DNA of 64,000 nucleotides, from positions 2,604,001 to 2,668,000 of the forward strand of contig OX337234.1 in assembly GCA_946965045.2 (NCBI GenBank). The letters are read 5' to 3'. Made by a program: the position numbers and the translations under genes. The notes beneath the pieces are model-generated. The model saw nothing but the letters and a program-made list of their open reading frames with translations. It searched no databases and was not told where the DNA came from. Source of the stretch: Epithemia pelagica. Lineage: Eukaryota > Protista > Bacillariophyta. Shown piece by piece: positions 24,942 to 34,533 of the stretch (within the stretch, counting starts at the first letter, position 1; the number at the start of each line of letters is the position of its first letter).

Positions 24942-26444
24942 TCATCTTGTCTTTTGTTTCTTTCGTGAAACAGATGCTACGACATTATCAACCACTGCAC
25001 TGTCTTCGTCGCTGTCCTCGGACGACTCTTCTTCGTCAAGGTCCACAATTTCATCCTCGCTACTCTGTACGTCGTTAGTTTTAGTTTCTGGCAAGGATTT
25101 TGGTTGCTGTCGTGACGAGCTTTCTTCCTTGTCTGAATCTTCGTAGTCGCTGACTTTATCTTCTTCGTCAATGTCTCCGTCCACATTTCGAGCGTGATCG
25201 GAATCCAACCAGCTTGTTTCCTCCCCAAACAAGACGCAATTCAGTCGTTGTCTCAAGTACATGCAATATAGTTGTTTTCGGCTTTGGGTGTCGTAGAGTC
25301 GTAACATTCGATCCAACCCCACGGTCGCCAAGGTTGGGAGAGAAGCATGTTGGACCAATCCTCGAATGGACCCCACGGGTCCAACGTACCGGCCCCACGT
25401 GGATACTGTGGTATCCTTTTTTTGTTTTCCCAAGGTTCTCAAATCCAGAGTGTGCAAGTCTCCTGTGGAATCGCCCACCACCACATGAAAGGTGTCCACC
25501 AGGCACAGGGTCGTGACACGGTGTTCCAGGAGCGAATTGGGGGTGTAGGAAATGGGTCGACGTTGAATGGTATCTTGGCGCACATCATAGATTCGCACTT
25601 CACAGTGGGCCGACCCGACCGCCATGATATTGCTTCCCATGGATGGGTCCGTCTGTTCCAAAAAGGATATGGCAGATGGCCAAACCTGTGGTGGCAATAA
25701 TGTTTGAGGGTCCGCCGAAAGATTCTTGGCCTTCCACACCTGTTTGGACGTTTCCAAATCCCACAAGGTCGTCTCACGTTCTTGTCCACCCACGGCAACT
25801 CGATGGTGTCTCCTATCGAGACCAGTGGCCGTAATGTAGGCATTGCCAAACTTGTTGTGTTGCTCCTGTTGAGACGTTGCGACGGTCGAAAATCTACCGA
25901 GGATTGCAGACTGTTCGTCGTCGTCGTTGTCGTTGTCGTCGTTGCAATTCATCACGACCACGTCTCCCAGGGCATTGCACGCACACAGACGGTCACTCTT
26001 GGTTTTCGAATCGCCCAGGGCAAATAAACTCAAGGGCTTGGTCCATGGTCGAATGGTCGGTTCCACGTCTCTGGTTGGGTCGGGGGCAAAAATGTTGCGA
26101 TTGGTCCACGGCCCCACGGTTCGATCGTGGTATCTCCCATAGTCTCGGTCCGTGTGAGAGGAGCGTTCCCAGACTTGTACCACTCCATCCATTCGCAACG
26201 ACGCAAAGGCCGTGTCATGATTCGAATCGACCCAGGCCAAATCCACAATCCCGGTACGACGACGACGACGACGACCCGTGTTGTCATGATGATCGGAGGA
26301 TGGAGAAACTCGAACACATCCCTGGTTGTCACTGGACACTGGTACTGGAACTCCTGGTGGAGTCGATTCGTCCTTGTGGGATCGGGACAACTCTGGAATA
26401 CATTCCTTGAGGAACCCACATTCATCTCCTGTAATCAATCGCAT
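24942..26444 (-). CDS. WDR74: WD40 ribosome-biogenesis factor NSA1/WDR74
   Basis: MRLITGDECGFLKE start; VAVGGQERETTLWDL...WKAKN, VRIYDVR...RRP, GSIRGL...LATVGLDRMLRLYD, YLRQRLNCVLF; acidic tail. Confidence 0.85.
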   Translation of the reverse strand: MRLITGDECGFLKECIPELSRSHKDESTPPGVPVPVSSDNQGCVRVSPSSDHHDNTGRRRRRRTGIVDLAWVDSNHDTAFASLRMDGVVQVWERSSHTDRDYGRYHDRTVGPWTNRNIFAPDPTRDVEPTIRPWTKPLSLFALGDSKTKSDRLCACNALGDVVVMNCNDDNDNDDDEQSAILGRFSTVATSQQEQHNKFGNAYITATGLDRRHHRVAVGGQERETTLWDLETSKQVWKAKNLSADPQTLLPPQVWPSAISFLEQTDPSMGSNIMAVGSAHCEVRIYDVRQDTIQRRPISYTPNSLLEHRVTTLCLVDTFHVVVGDSTGDLHTLDLRTLGKQKKDTTVSTWGRYVGPVGSIRGLVQHASLPTLATVGLDRMLRLYDTQSRKQLYCMYLRQRLNCVLFGEETSWLDSDHARNVDGDIDEEDKVSDYEDSDKEESSSRQQPKSLPETKTNDVQSSEDEIVDLDEEESSEDSDEDSAVVDNVVASVSRKKQKTR

Positions 26445-26963
26445 GATTATATAGTTGTTGTTGGCATTCACAGTTTGGGTGTTCTTGTGGATGAATGGTG
26501 TCTGGTGTCGGTTTTGCTATTGCTGCGGTCGACGTACAGACTGACGACGGTTCTGGGCTCGCGCGATGGGGGACGAAAAATGAGATAAAAGCGCCCGCGT
26601 CATGGCGCACGTCGACGTTCCAATGGCGGACGTTGTCCTTTTGGGGCTTTTTGGCATTTATGGAGGATGACCAAGCTTTAACTCTTGTTCACCCGTCGAC
26701 CCAACAAAAGCTGTTGGCAACTATAATGTAATCTTGAACTATATATCGACAGTCCAACCAGACAACAGCACGGGACCGCTACTAGACTCGAGCAAGGAGG
26801 AGAGAGGAGAGCGTAGGGCAATAAAAAGTGTATCTAATCAACGGATGTACGTTGTATCGACAATCTAAACTACAAAATCGTGCAATGAATCTCTTCCTGT
26901 ATGTGTTTGTTCCTTCAAGAGCTGAATGGTAGCGCTCCAACATCCATGTGAATCCAAAGAACT

Positions 26964-28109
26964 CTAAAAGGCCAATCCGTAATCCATTTGAGCCTCTCGA
27001 GAAGTAGTACTGGTCCACGAGTTTTTGTTGTAGCTCGGCGTCTCCACTTGGGTCCAGTTTCGTGGTGGTTGTTTCACGGGTGATTTCCCCTTTTGCACCG
27101 TGTCCACGATACGGCTTACTAGGACCCCTGCTTGTTCAGATGCCGCCACGTAGCCTCCCCGTAGTTTCTCCGTACGAACCTTGTTTTTGTAGGCCTTCAT
27201 ACGATCCCGTACCAGATCCATTTGGTCGCCTTCGAATGGGTCCTCTTCACTTTTCATAATGAGAAAGCTAATGCCCTGTTCTCGGCAATAGGTTTGATAA
27301 ATAGTCTGCAAGTTCCATCGGTCCGCCCGTGTCTTGTGTTCTTCCACAAACGAAGTCATTTGCGGCATGATCTTGCTACCTTGGTGCAAACGGATCGCCT
27401 TTTGGACGTCCTTGATCTCTTGCTTGAAGGCCTTGGAGTTGTTCTTGCGATATTCCTTGCTGTACAACGGAACCAGCATCTTATTGAACACCATGGTGGA
27501 TCGTTGTGCGGCCGATGCGCTCATGGGTCCAAACGTGCTCTTGACCACGGGCGTATTCATGACTCCGTGGCTATGACCATCGGCAAAGTATCCTCCATTC
27601 ACGGACAAGACATGTTCAATGCGAGGGTAGCGAATTCCCTTGGCCTCGCGAGCCTTTTGGCGCTGCAACAGCTCCAACATGACCAGAGACGAAAAGTCCA
27701 AGGAAACCAGCACGGTTGTCTTGACCCCTTGATTCTTCCAATGCGCTTCCACAAGGTTGGCCCGTTCAATCGTGCTGTAAGCATATCCCTCCTTGGGTTT
27801 GTCCGAGTTGCCTTGGCCCACGTACTCCACGTACAAACGGGGGATATCGGCATTCAGATTGCGGTTGGATTGGAGAAGGGTTTCCACCTTGGCGTATCCG
27901 TAGCTACCATGAGGAAAGCCAGGAAGCATGGTCAACCACATGGCATCCGGATTCGAATGTTGAGGAATCACCACTCGACGAAAGACTGGAACGGTACAAT
28001 CCTTTCTCTTTTCCGGGGCAATTTCCTTGCGCTTGTGATCAAAATGCACTCGCTTGCCAGTGGCAAACCAGTCATCCGCGGAAACAAAGGTATCTGTGGG
28101 GTTGGTCAT
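26964..28109 (-). CDS. Alpha/beta hydrolase fold protein, MEST/epoxide-hydrolase-like
   Basis: WFATGKRV, MLPGFPHGSYGY, YVGQGNSDKP, YSTIERANLVEAHW, SLDFSSLV, LSVNGG. Confidence 0.75.
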   Translation of the reverse strand: MTNPTDTFVSADDWFATGKRVHFDHKRKEIAPEKRKDCTVPVFRRVVIPQHSNPDAMWLTMLPGFPHGSYGYAKVETLLQSNRNLNADIPRLYVEYVGQGNSDKPKEGYAYSTIERANLVEAHWKNQGVKTTVLVSLDFSSLVMLELLQRQKAREAKGIRYPRIEHVLSVNGGYFADGHSHGVMNTPVVKSTFGPMSASAAQRSTMVFNKMLVPLYSKEYRKNNSKAFKQEIKDVQKAIRLHQGSKIMPQMTSFVEEHKTRADRWNLQTIYQTYCREQGISFLIMKSEEDPFEGDQMDLVRDRMKAYKNKVRTEKLRGGYVAASEQAGVLVSRIVDTVQKGKSPVKQPPRNWTQVETPSYNKNSWTSTTSREAQMDYGLAF

Positions 28110-29208
28110 GGTGTAAAAGTCGGTAGGTATTCTGGAGCCGGAGGCGGTTTCTTGAATTGAAATCTTGAGGGAAGTGAGGTAAGGGTTTCAAGCCCGAGCG
28201 ATTTGTGGGAATGCACAGGAGATGAGTTTTTCTCAGAACAAGATCTTTCTCCGTTTTGTGTCGGGTTCGATCGTTGGCATGAGATTTCGGTCACGCCACG
28301 CTGTCACTCGGAGTCGACAGTTGGAGTTGGTTCGATTTTGTTCCCATGATTGGTGTACTTAGACAAAAATGTGGGAGTTTCAATCCTGCCGGCGCTGGAC
28401 ATGACCGGTAAATTCCATATGTAAAGGTCGGCAGGCAGACAAACAAGACTGAGAATACGGAAATCCATACCTAGGGCAATTATAATCCGGATCGTACGCT
28501 TCTCCAGAACCCTTCCTCGCGCCAAGTTTAGAATGGTCCCCCACGAACCGGCCATTCTATGAAAATTTTGAGCTCGCGCGCACGTGCGGTGAGGCACCGA
28601 ACATGTTTTGGCGTCCACACTTTTCACACTTGGTTCCCCAAGATGCGAGACCCGCTGCACCGGCACGGAACTCTCAGTCTCCACGCTTCGCCGATGTTCC
28701 ACGAACTAACATGGAACGGGAATCTCCTTCATGTCGTGAGATTGAGTGATCGGGTCGTGCCCTGTCCGTAAATGAAGCTAAATGAAGGCTACGCTGGTCT
28801 TCTCACGAAACCCAGTAATCTGGTGGATTGAGCCGCTTGTGTTATTCGCAAGGGGAACATCGATTCGCTGAGCGGCGTAGCGATATAGAATGTCTATCTT
28901 ATGGGATTGTTTCTCGGATGGTCTTGATCGTGTCCACCGGGCTGAACGGGACAATCTCCTCCATGTCGTGAGATTGAGTGATTTGATCGCCATTCCCTAT
29001 TCCTTGTTCCGTGTGCCTCCGAAATCTGACAGTTTTGACCCAAGGTACTCAAATTCTGGTGGACACCACATGGCTAGTTTTACAGTAATTACCGTAGTTA
29101 GTAGATGTAATGGATTGCTTTTTTTTTTTCAGTTTCAAAATTTTTCCCTAGAGTAGCATTTTGGAGTTTGGCAACTACTACTTCCACGTACAATTTCTTC
29201 CTCGCTCC

Positions 29209-30327
29209 TTATTCATAATAGGCTGCATGGCATGATAGCAATGGTAGACCTGGCTTTCGAATATCATAACATAGATCCAACACTTGGACATGACCATTAG
29301 ATTGTTGATATCCCATGGAAATGATCATCGGAGCTTCCGCAGTCTCGTTCTCTGCAGGCAATTCTAGAGGACAAGCAACAACAACTCCATTGGGCAGTAC
29401 AACACGTAAGAGGCTCTCATCATCATCATCATCATGGTCTGCTGAAATACCCAACAAACGGTGCAAGGCGTCATTACCCAGGTTTCGCCGTCGGAAACCC
29501 AACTTTCCCAATCTTTGCCATAGATTTTTCCTTTTCCGCCCCAATCCATCCACTTCGCTGGTTTGCTTTAGATCTAGCTTTTGAATACACCACTGTTGGG
29601 CCAATTCTTGACGTGTTTGCAAGGACCAGCAAGCCTGGTTGGTGGAATCGATTTTCGGCAGGTTGGCAATATCGTCAGGATTAGTATCCGCAACATCAAA
29701 GACGGCTTCTCCCTTGTCTTGTTGATGTTGTTGAAGGAAACAGATGCGTTCGAGAGACTTTTCTTTGTAGATCAACACAACTGTTCGGCGTTTGGATATT
29801 CCTGTGGCGGTGGTCGCTTTCTCCCAAAAGCCGTGCTCAATGATGGGAAAGGCTTGGAATGTCCGCCCTGTGCGACCAATAATACCATCGTCAAAAACAT
29901 ACAACGTTTGCAGCAGGGTTTCGTCTCCTCCTTGCTCTGGTGGGAGTTTCGTCAGGACAACGGCTTCTCTGGATCCTGGATGACGTGCATGACATACGGT
30001 CCAATCGGCAGTCTCGTCATCATCTTGTCGACGATGAAAGGTCATGCGCATGTTCAACTCATGACTATCCTTGCGTAAAATCAAAGATGGACCATTCGGC
30101 TTATTGCTGTTTGGTTCCATCAAAGAAGACCGATCGACAGTGTACCAACCAATACTCCCCGACCAATTGCCAATGCAATACTTCATTAAACTATCCCAAC
30201 GACGATTGACAAATTCGGAATTCTTCCATTCAGCAGTGGCGTCCTGCCGATATGCATCACAGGTGCTGGCTAGCAGTAGCCATAGGCATGTCCAGCATGC
30301 ATGTCGCCAAAAGGAAGGATGGACCAT
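29209..30327 (-). CDS. Secreted or plastid-targeted hypothetical protein, possibly DUF3598-like beta-barrel
   Basis: Signal-peptide-like MVHPSFWRHACWTCLWLLLASTCDA; WDSLMKYCIGNWSGSIGWY and IEHGFW...RRTVVLIY; long intronless ORF. Confidence 0.55.
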   Translation of the reverse strand: MVHPSFWRHACWTCLWLLLASTCDAYRQDATAEWKNSEFVNRRWDSLMKYCIGNWSGSIGWYTVDRSSLMEPNSNKPNGPSLILRKDSHELNMRMTFHRRQDDDETADWTVCHARHPGSREAVVLTKLPPEQGGDETLLQTLYVFDDGIIGRTGRTFQAFPIIEHGFWEKATTATGISKRRTVVLIYKEKSLERICFLQQHQQDKGEAVFDVADTNPDDIANLPKIDSTNQACWSLQTRQELAQQWCIQKLDLKQTSEVDGLGRKRKNLWQRLGKLGFRRRNLGNDALHRLLGISADHDDDDDESLLRVVLPNGVVVACPLELPAENETAEAPMIISMGYQQSNGHVQVLDLCYDIRKPGLPLLSCHAAYYE

Positions 30328-30707
30328 CGTTCTATTTTGCCGATCGGTTTCGCTTTCGCCTTCGCCTCTGAATCCAGAGAACACCCGTCTGCCGTCTGCG
30401 TCCAAGGTACCCCCTAGCGGAAGGTGAGTCCTGCTCGTGAATGGGCAAGGGTGCAAGAATCAAGTCTACGATGGTCTTCTCGCAGGAAAGTTGTCTTGGC
30501 TTTAGAACCAGAATGAACTACTTGAGCAGCAAAGAGAAACAAGGGTCCTTCCTCATCGTGGGGCAATTCTGATGGAAAATTATCGTCAAGCGGGCTTTGT
30601 CGTTTCTATTAATCGCTTCCTAGCGCTCGCGCGATACCGTGTACATGACCTAAGCAAAAATAACAATCGGGCCTTTTGCAACAGGAAACACTGGCTATAA
30701 CGACAGC

Positions 30708-31945
30708 TTAAGGACCAAACTCCCGACGTGGTCCCGGGAGGTTTGGTGGTCGAATGGCTGTCAGTTTCACTCTCGTTCTTTCTGTATCGATATCCGCCAC
30801 CCAGACTCGAACACGATCGCCTTTCTTCATGAATTCTCGAGGAAACGCTCCTCGAACCCAAGCTGGATGGTCCATAAAATGGAGCCATCCATCCACAACT
30901 GCCCCAACCTCCACATAGGCACCATAATCAGTCACACGACGTAGTTCACCCCATAATTCGTCGTCGACTTGCATTTCATTGAGTTGAATGCGTTCGCTGG
31001 ATTCTGTTTCATCTTCCTTTTCCGACTCGAGGACTTCAAACGGAAGCATGGTGAGATGCAGCTTTTTCAGTTTGGGGCTGCACGACCGTACCCGAACTGT
31101 CACTTCTTGTCCAGGGGACAATACTTGACGTGGGTGCTCCACAAAAACGTCACGACTCAACTGCGATATGTGTAAGAGTCCATCACACTCCGTACCGACA
31201 TCCACGTATGCTCCAAAATTGGTGAGAGAAATCACCAAGCCTCGCATTTCCATTCCAGGTGTCAATACGGACAAGGGCGTACGTTCTTCAAAAGGGAGTG
31301 GACGCTCAATGCGGCTAGCGTTTTTTCGTTCCTTTTGTTTTTCCTTTACATACATGAGAAGTTCTGAAGAGGTTAGATGCAAATTGCAAAAACAAAAACG
31401 GTTGGCCAAACAAACATTGAAAGAAAGCGTTCGGGGTCAGAAATATAAGTCGATTTGCCGTATTCTCAAACATGGAACGCACTTCGTTTCTTATCCTTTG
31501 CTGGTTCTCGCTTTTTCTTGTTGGCTATGGCGCGCGCATGCGCTTCTTTTACAATACGTTCTTTCACCTTGGGATTCAGTCGATCCCATCGTGTTAGTTT
31601 CTTTTTGGGTGGCGTTGTCGCGTCATTCGTCGTGTCGTTGCTACCTTCATCATCATCATCATCCGCGTCACTGTTGCTCATGGAATAAAGAGTATCGACC
31701 GAGGAGGCCACATCACTGGTACCGGGAGTCAGGCGAGCGAGTGTCGGCCTTGTCGTCGTTCGCTTCCGTGTTCCCCTGTGAGGAGTTGTTGTTGTTCTTG
31801 GTACGTCATACTGGTCGTTGGGGTGTCTTGTAATAGCCAGCGCTGGTCGAATGTTCCAAGAAGGGGGGCCCAGGAGCGCTCTGCAGTGATGGACATTCCA
31901 TAGGAGAAGACAAAGCAGCGTAGAGTGAATTGTGATAAACATCAT
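30708..31945 (-). CDS. Tandem S1-domain RNA-binding protein with N-terminal signal/transit peptide; exons 31945-31483 and 31363-30708 (372 aa)
   Basis: Two S1 motifs (GLVISLTNFGAYVDVG..DGLLHISQL; GELRRVTDYGAYVEVG..DGWLH); a GT..CTAAC..CAG intron at 31482-31364 joins the frames exactly. Confidence 0.82.
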
Positions 31946-32228
31946 GGTAGTACCAGCAAGAGAGTGCCGCACTGGTGGTAATGTCGTGATGGGTCGTCGT
32001 CTGATGTCTGTGCTTGGAAGATTCTGACTCCGGACTTTTGATTTTTGATGTTTCGGTGGTTGTCGGAACGTTCCGGGCGGTGGAACGTAGACTGGATGCT
32101 TAGAAGGTACGAAAGCTCCATGGTTCCAAGTGGAAGTTATGGAGAGTATCTTTGTTTGAGTACCCTCACGCACTCAAACTCAAACCCAGACCATCATCCA
32201 TCCCATTTCAACTGGAACAAGCAAGACA

Positions 32229-33227
32229 ATGAAAGGAGTGTTGAGCCTCATATTGATTGCCCTTTTAATCTGCTCTACTGCAGGGCGAGGGAATAGACAA
32301 GCAGTAATCGGGCACAGCCGATCGTCGCTCTTCGGTCTACCAAATCGAGTAGGGTTTGTGAGCACAACACGACCAATCCATTCGGCTCGTCAACGAGCAA
32401 TAGACTTGAGGGGTGGTGCCTTGGATGAAGACGATCACGACGACGAAGACGAAGATGATGACGATGAGTTTGATGACGACGACTTTTTGGATCTAGAGGA
32501 GGACGAGATTGTAGAGAGTGACTTTGCCGAAGACAATACATTAGATCTTTTGCTAGAGGCATGGAAAAAGACGCCACCGGTAACCAAAATGTTTCTGCAA
32601 GCATCTGCTGCCACCACACTATATGGCTTTCTCTTCAACAAGAATGAATTCCCAAAACTTCTTTCTCTGGAATGGAAACCAGTGTTGTACAAGTTGCAGT
32701 TCTGGAGGCTGTTCACGTCGTTTCTGAACTTTGGTCCATTTGGATTGGGCTATCTTCTAACAGCCCAGTTCGTTTGGATGTACATGTCCACCTTGGAACG
32801 TCTTTCACACAACAAACCATATGATTTCTGGATCATGTTATTTTTTGGAAAGCTTTCCATGGTGGTTGGCTATCCTTTGCTTCGACTGAGTCCACGATTT
32901 CTGGGACACAACCTCAGTACATTTCTGGTCTACATTTGGTCCAGGTATCATGAAGGTGTGGAGGTAAACCTTTTTGAACTTTTCAATACACGTGCGGAGC
33001 TTCTTCCATGGCTGTTTTTGGCACAAACCTTTCTCCTCGAAGGAGAACCACCCATTCTCGACTTTTTGGGGATTGTGTTTGGCCATATCTATCATCATTG
33101 CAAATCCGTAGGCCTACTACAAGCTCCACCAGCACTGGTGAACTGGTACGAAAAGAGCAAATCACCTTTGGCTGCACGAATACGTGATTCATATCGAGTG
33201 ATATCCTCCGACTTTGAAGTTCAGTAA
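32229..33227 (+). CDS. sDer1: Derlin family protein with N-terminal signal peptide and extension: symbiont-derived sDer1 of the SELMA plastid import machinery
   Basis: MKGVLSLILIALLICSTAG leader; PPVTK, QFWRLFTSFLNFG, YIWSR, LPW, LGIVFGHIYH Derlin motifs. Confidence 0.8.
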   Translation: MKGVLSLILIALLICSTAGRGNRQAVIGHSRSSLFGLPNRVGFVSTTRPIHSARQRAIDLRGGALDEDDHDDEDEDDDDEFDDDDFLDLEEDEIVESDFAEDNTLDLLLEAWKKTPPVTKMFLQASAATTLYGFLFNKNEFPKLLSLEWKPVLYKLQFWRLFTSFLNFGPFGLGYLLTAQFVWMYMSTLERLSHNKPYDFWIMLFFGKLSMVVGYPLLRLSPRFLGHNLSTFLVYIWSRYHEGVEVNLFELFNTRAELLPWLFLAQTFLLEGEPPILDFLGIVFGHIYHHCKSVGLLQAPPALVNWYEKSKSPLAARIRDSYRVISSDFEVQ

Positions 33228-33327
33228 AGTCCCCCTGCGCCTATTCGGTCAGCCAGATTTGTGTCCGTGAGAGTGATCCTAACCTGTCATGCTGCGGCAA
33301 TAGAGAGAAGGCAGCCGAATGCGACCT

Positions 33328-34239
33328 CTAGACATTTAATTTTTCCGCGCCAACAATATAGTCAAATCCTAACCGTATCCGTCCCTTGGCAGCGACAGCT
33401 TTGGTTTGAGCCTCCAAGTCATCCAACACAGCCGCCATGGAGGAGGCGAGTTCCTTTGATGGAAAAAGAGGAAACTTGGATCGTGCGACATTAATTTGTT
33501 TCACAACTGTTTCATGCCGGTAGAGGATGGGCATTTTGACGCTTTTCACCAATTTCAATTTGCCGCATCCTTGGACTTGTCGTTGAATCCACTCCATTGG
33601 GTACTCACGATAACACCTATGTCCTGCCAACAGGATGCAAGCATCTCGAACTTGTCGCACCTTGCAAATGAGATTGGCACCTTCATCATTGGCGACTTCG
33701 TCTGGTATTGGTTGCAAACCCACTATATAGAGTCGTCCTCCTGGTCGCAGCAATCGGGCCAATTTAGGAATCATCATATCTTGGGCATAGGGAGAAAATC
33801 CATCCATGGCACCAATGAGATAATCCGCTATTATCACATCAAACTCGTTTTCGTAAAAGTCCAGCGAGGGTGTCGAAGCATTGGTTTCGTCAAACCAATT
33901 TCCAATCACAACATCAATGTGATCGTCGACATTGAGTGCCTCCACTTCTAGTTGACAATTCCGCTGCATTTTTCGGTCGGCTGTGACAGCGACACACCGT
34001 TCCATCCCCTTTCCAGAGTGTTTCAGGGTGGCCAACCATCGCAAGGAATGGATTCCGGTACCGGCATCTAGTACGACACCAAATGGTTTATCGCCCTGTT
34101 GCTTCTCGATGCTTCCAAAAAGGGCATCGTCCTCCCCGTACACAAAACGCGCAGCTTGTCGAGGTGAGGAAAGACTCATTTTCAGGCAGGACAGATTCGC
34201 AAAACACAGAGCAACAATGGCAACGACAATGGCTTCCAT
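33328..34239 (-). CDS. Class I SAM-dependent methyltransferase-like protein (start 34239 with signal peptide, or 34179)
   Basis: Motif I VLDAGTG; FDVIIADYLIG; LLRPGGRLYIVG. Confidence 0.75.
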   Translation of the reverse strand: MEAIVVAIVALCFANLSCLKMSLSSPRQAARFVYGEDDALFGSIEKQQGDKPFGVVLDAGTGIHSLRWLATLKHSGKGMERCVAVTADRKMQRNCQLEVEALNVDDHIDVVIGNWFDETNASTPSLDFYENEFDVIIADYLIGAMDGFSPYAQDMMIPKLARLLRPGGRLYIVGLQPIPDEVANDEGANLICKVRQVRDACILLAGHRCYREYPMEWIQRQVQGCGKLKLVKSVKMPILYRHETVVKQINVARSKFPLFPSKELASSMAAVLDDLEAQTKAVAAKGRIRLGFDYIVGAEKLNV

Positions 34240-34393
34240 TGCGATCGCTCTGGAACACTGCAACCAAAGGCCAAAGGCCTCGCAAAAATCTAAAGCAATC
34301 GCACTTTGGTCCTCGATTTTTCTCCAAAAAACGCGAAGGAAAAGATCCGTCCATTTATAGTAGTGTACAAAGTATATTGTAGGATGATTCATT

Positions 34394-34533
34394 TGTGCGC
34401 CAGCGACAGGACACTCAGGTAGCTACACGTAGTCTAGCTAGATCACACTAGCTATGTCTAGGAGTCTGCCAACAGCAGCCATGGAGCTCAGAGTTTTTGG
34501 AGCAACGCAATCTTTACCAAGTTTGCTGTTGGT
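34394..34533 (+). repeat. Split direct repeat A1 (copy 2)
   Basis: 140 bp, appears identical to 44444-44583. Confidence 0.95.

Noticed and set aside
27222-28160. 312-aa plus-strand ORF opposite the hydrolase
   Set aside because: Antisense shadow; the minus strand carries the recognisable hydrolase motifs.
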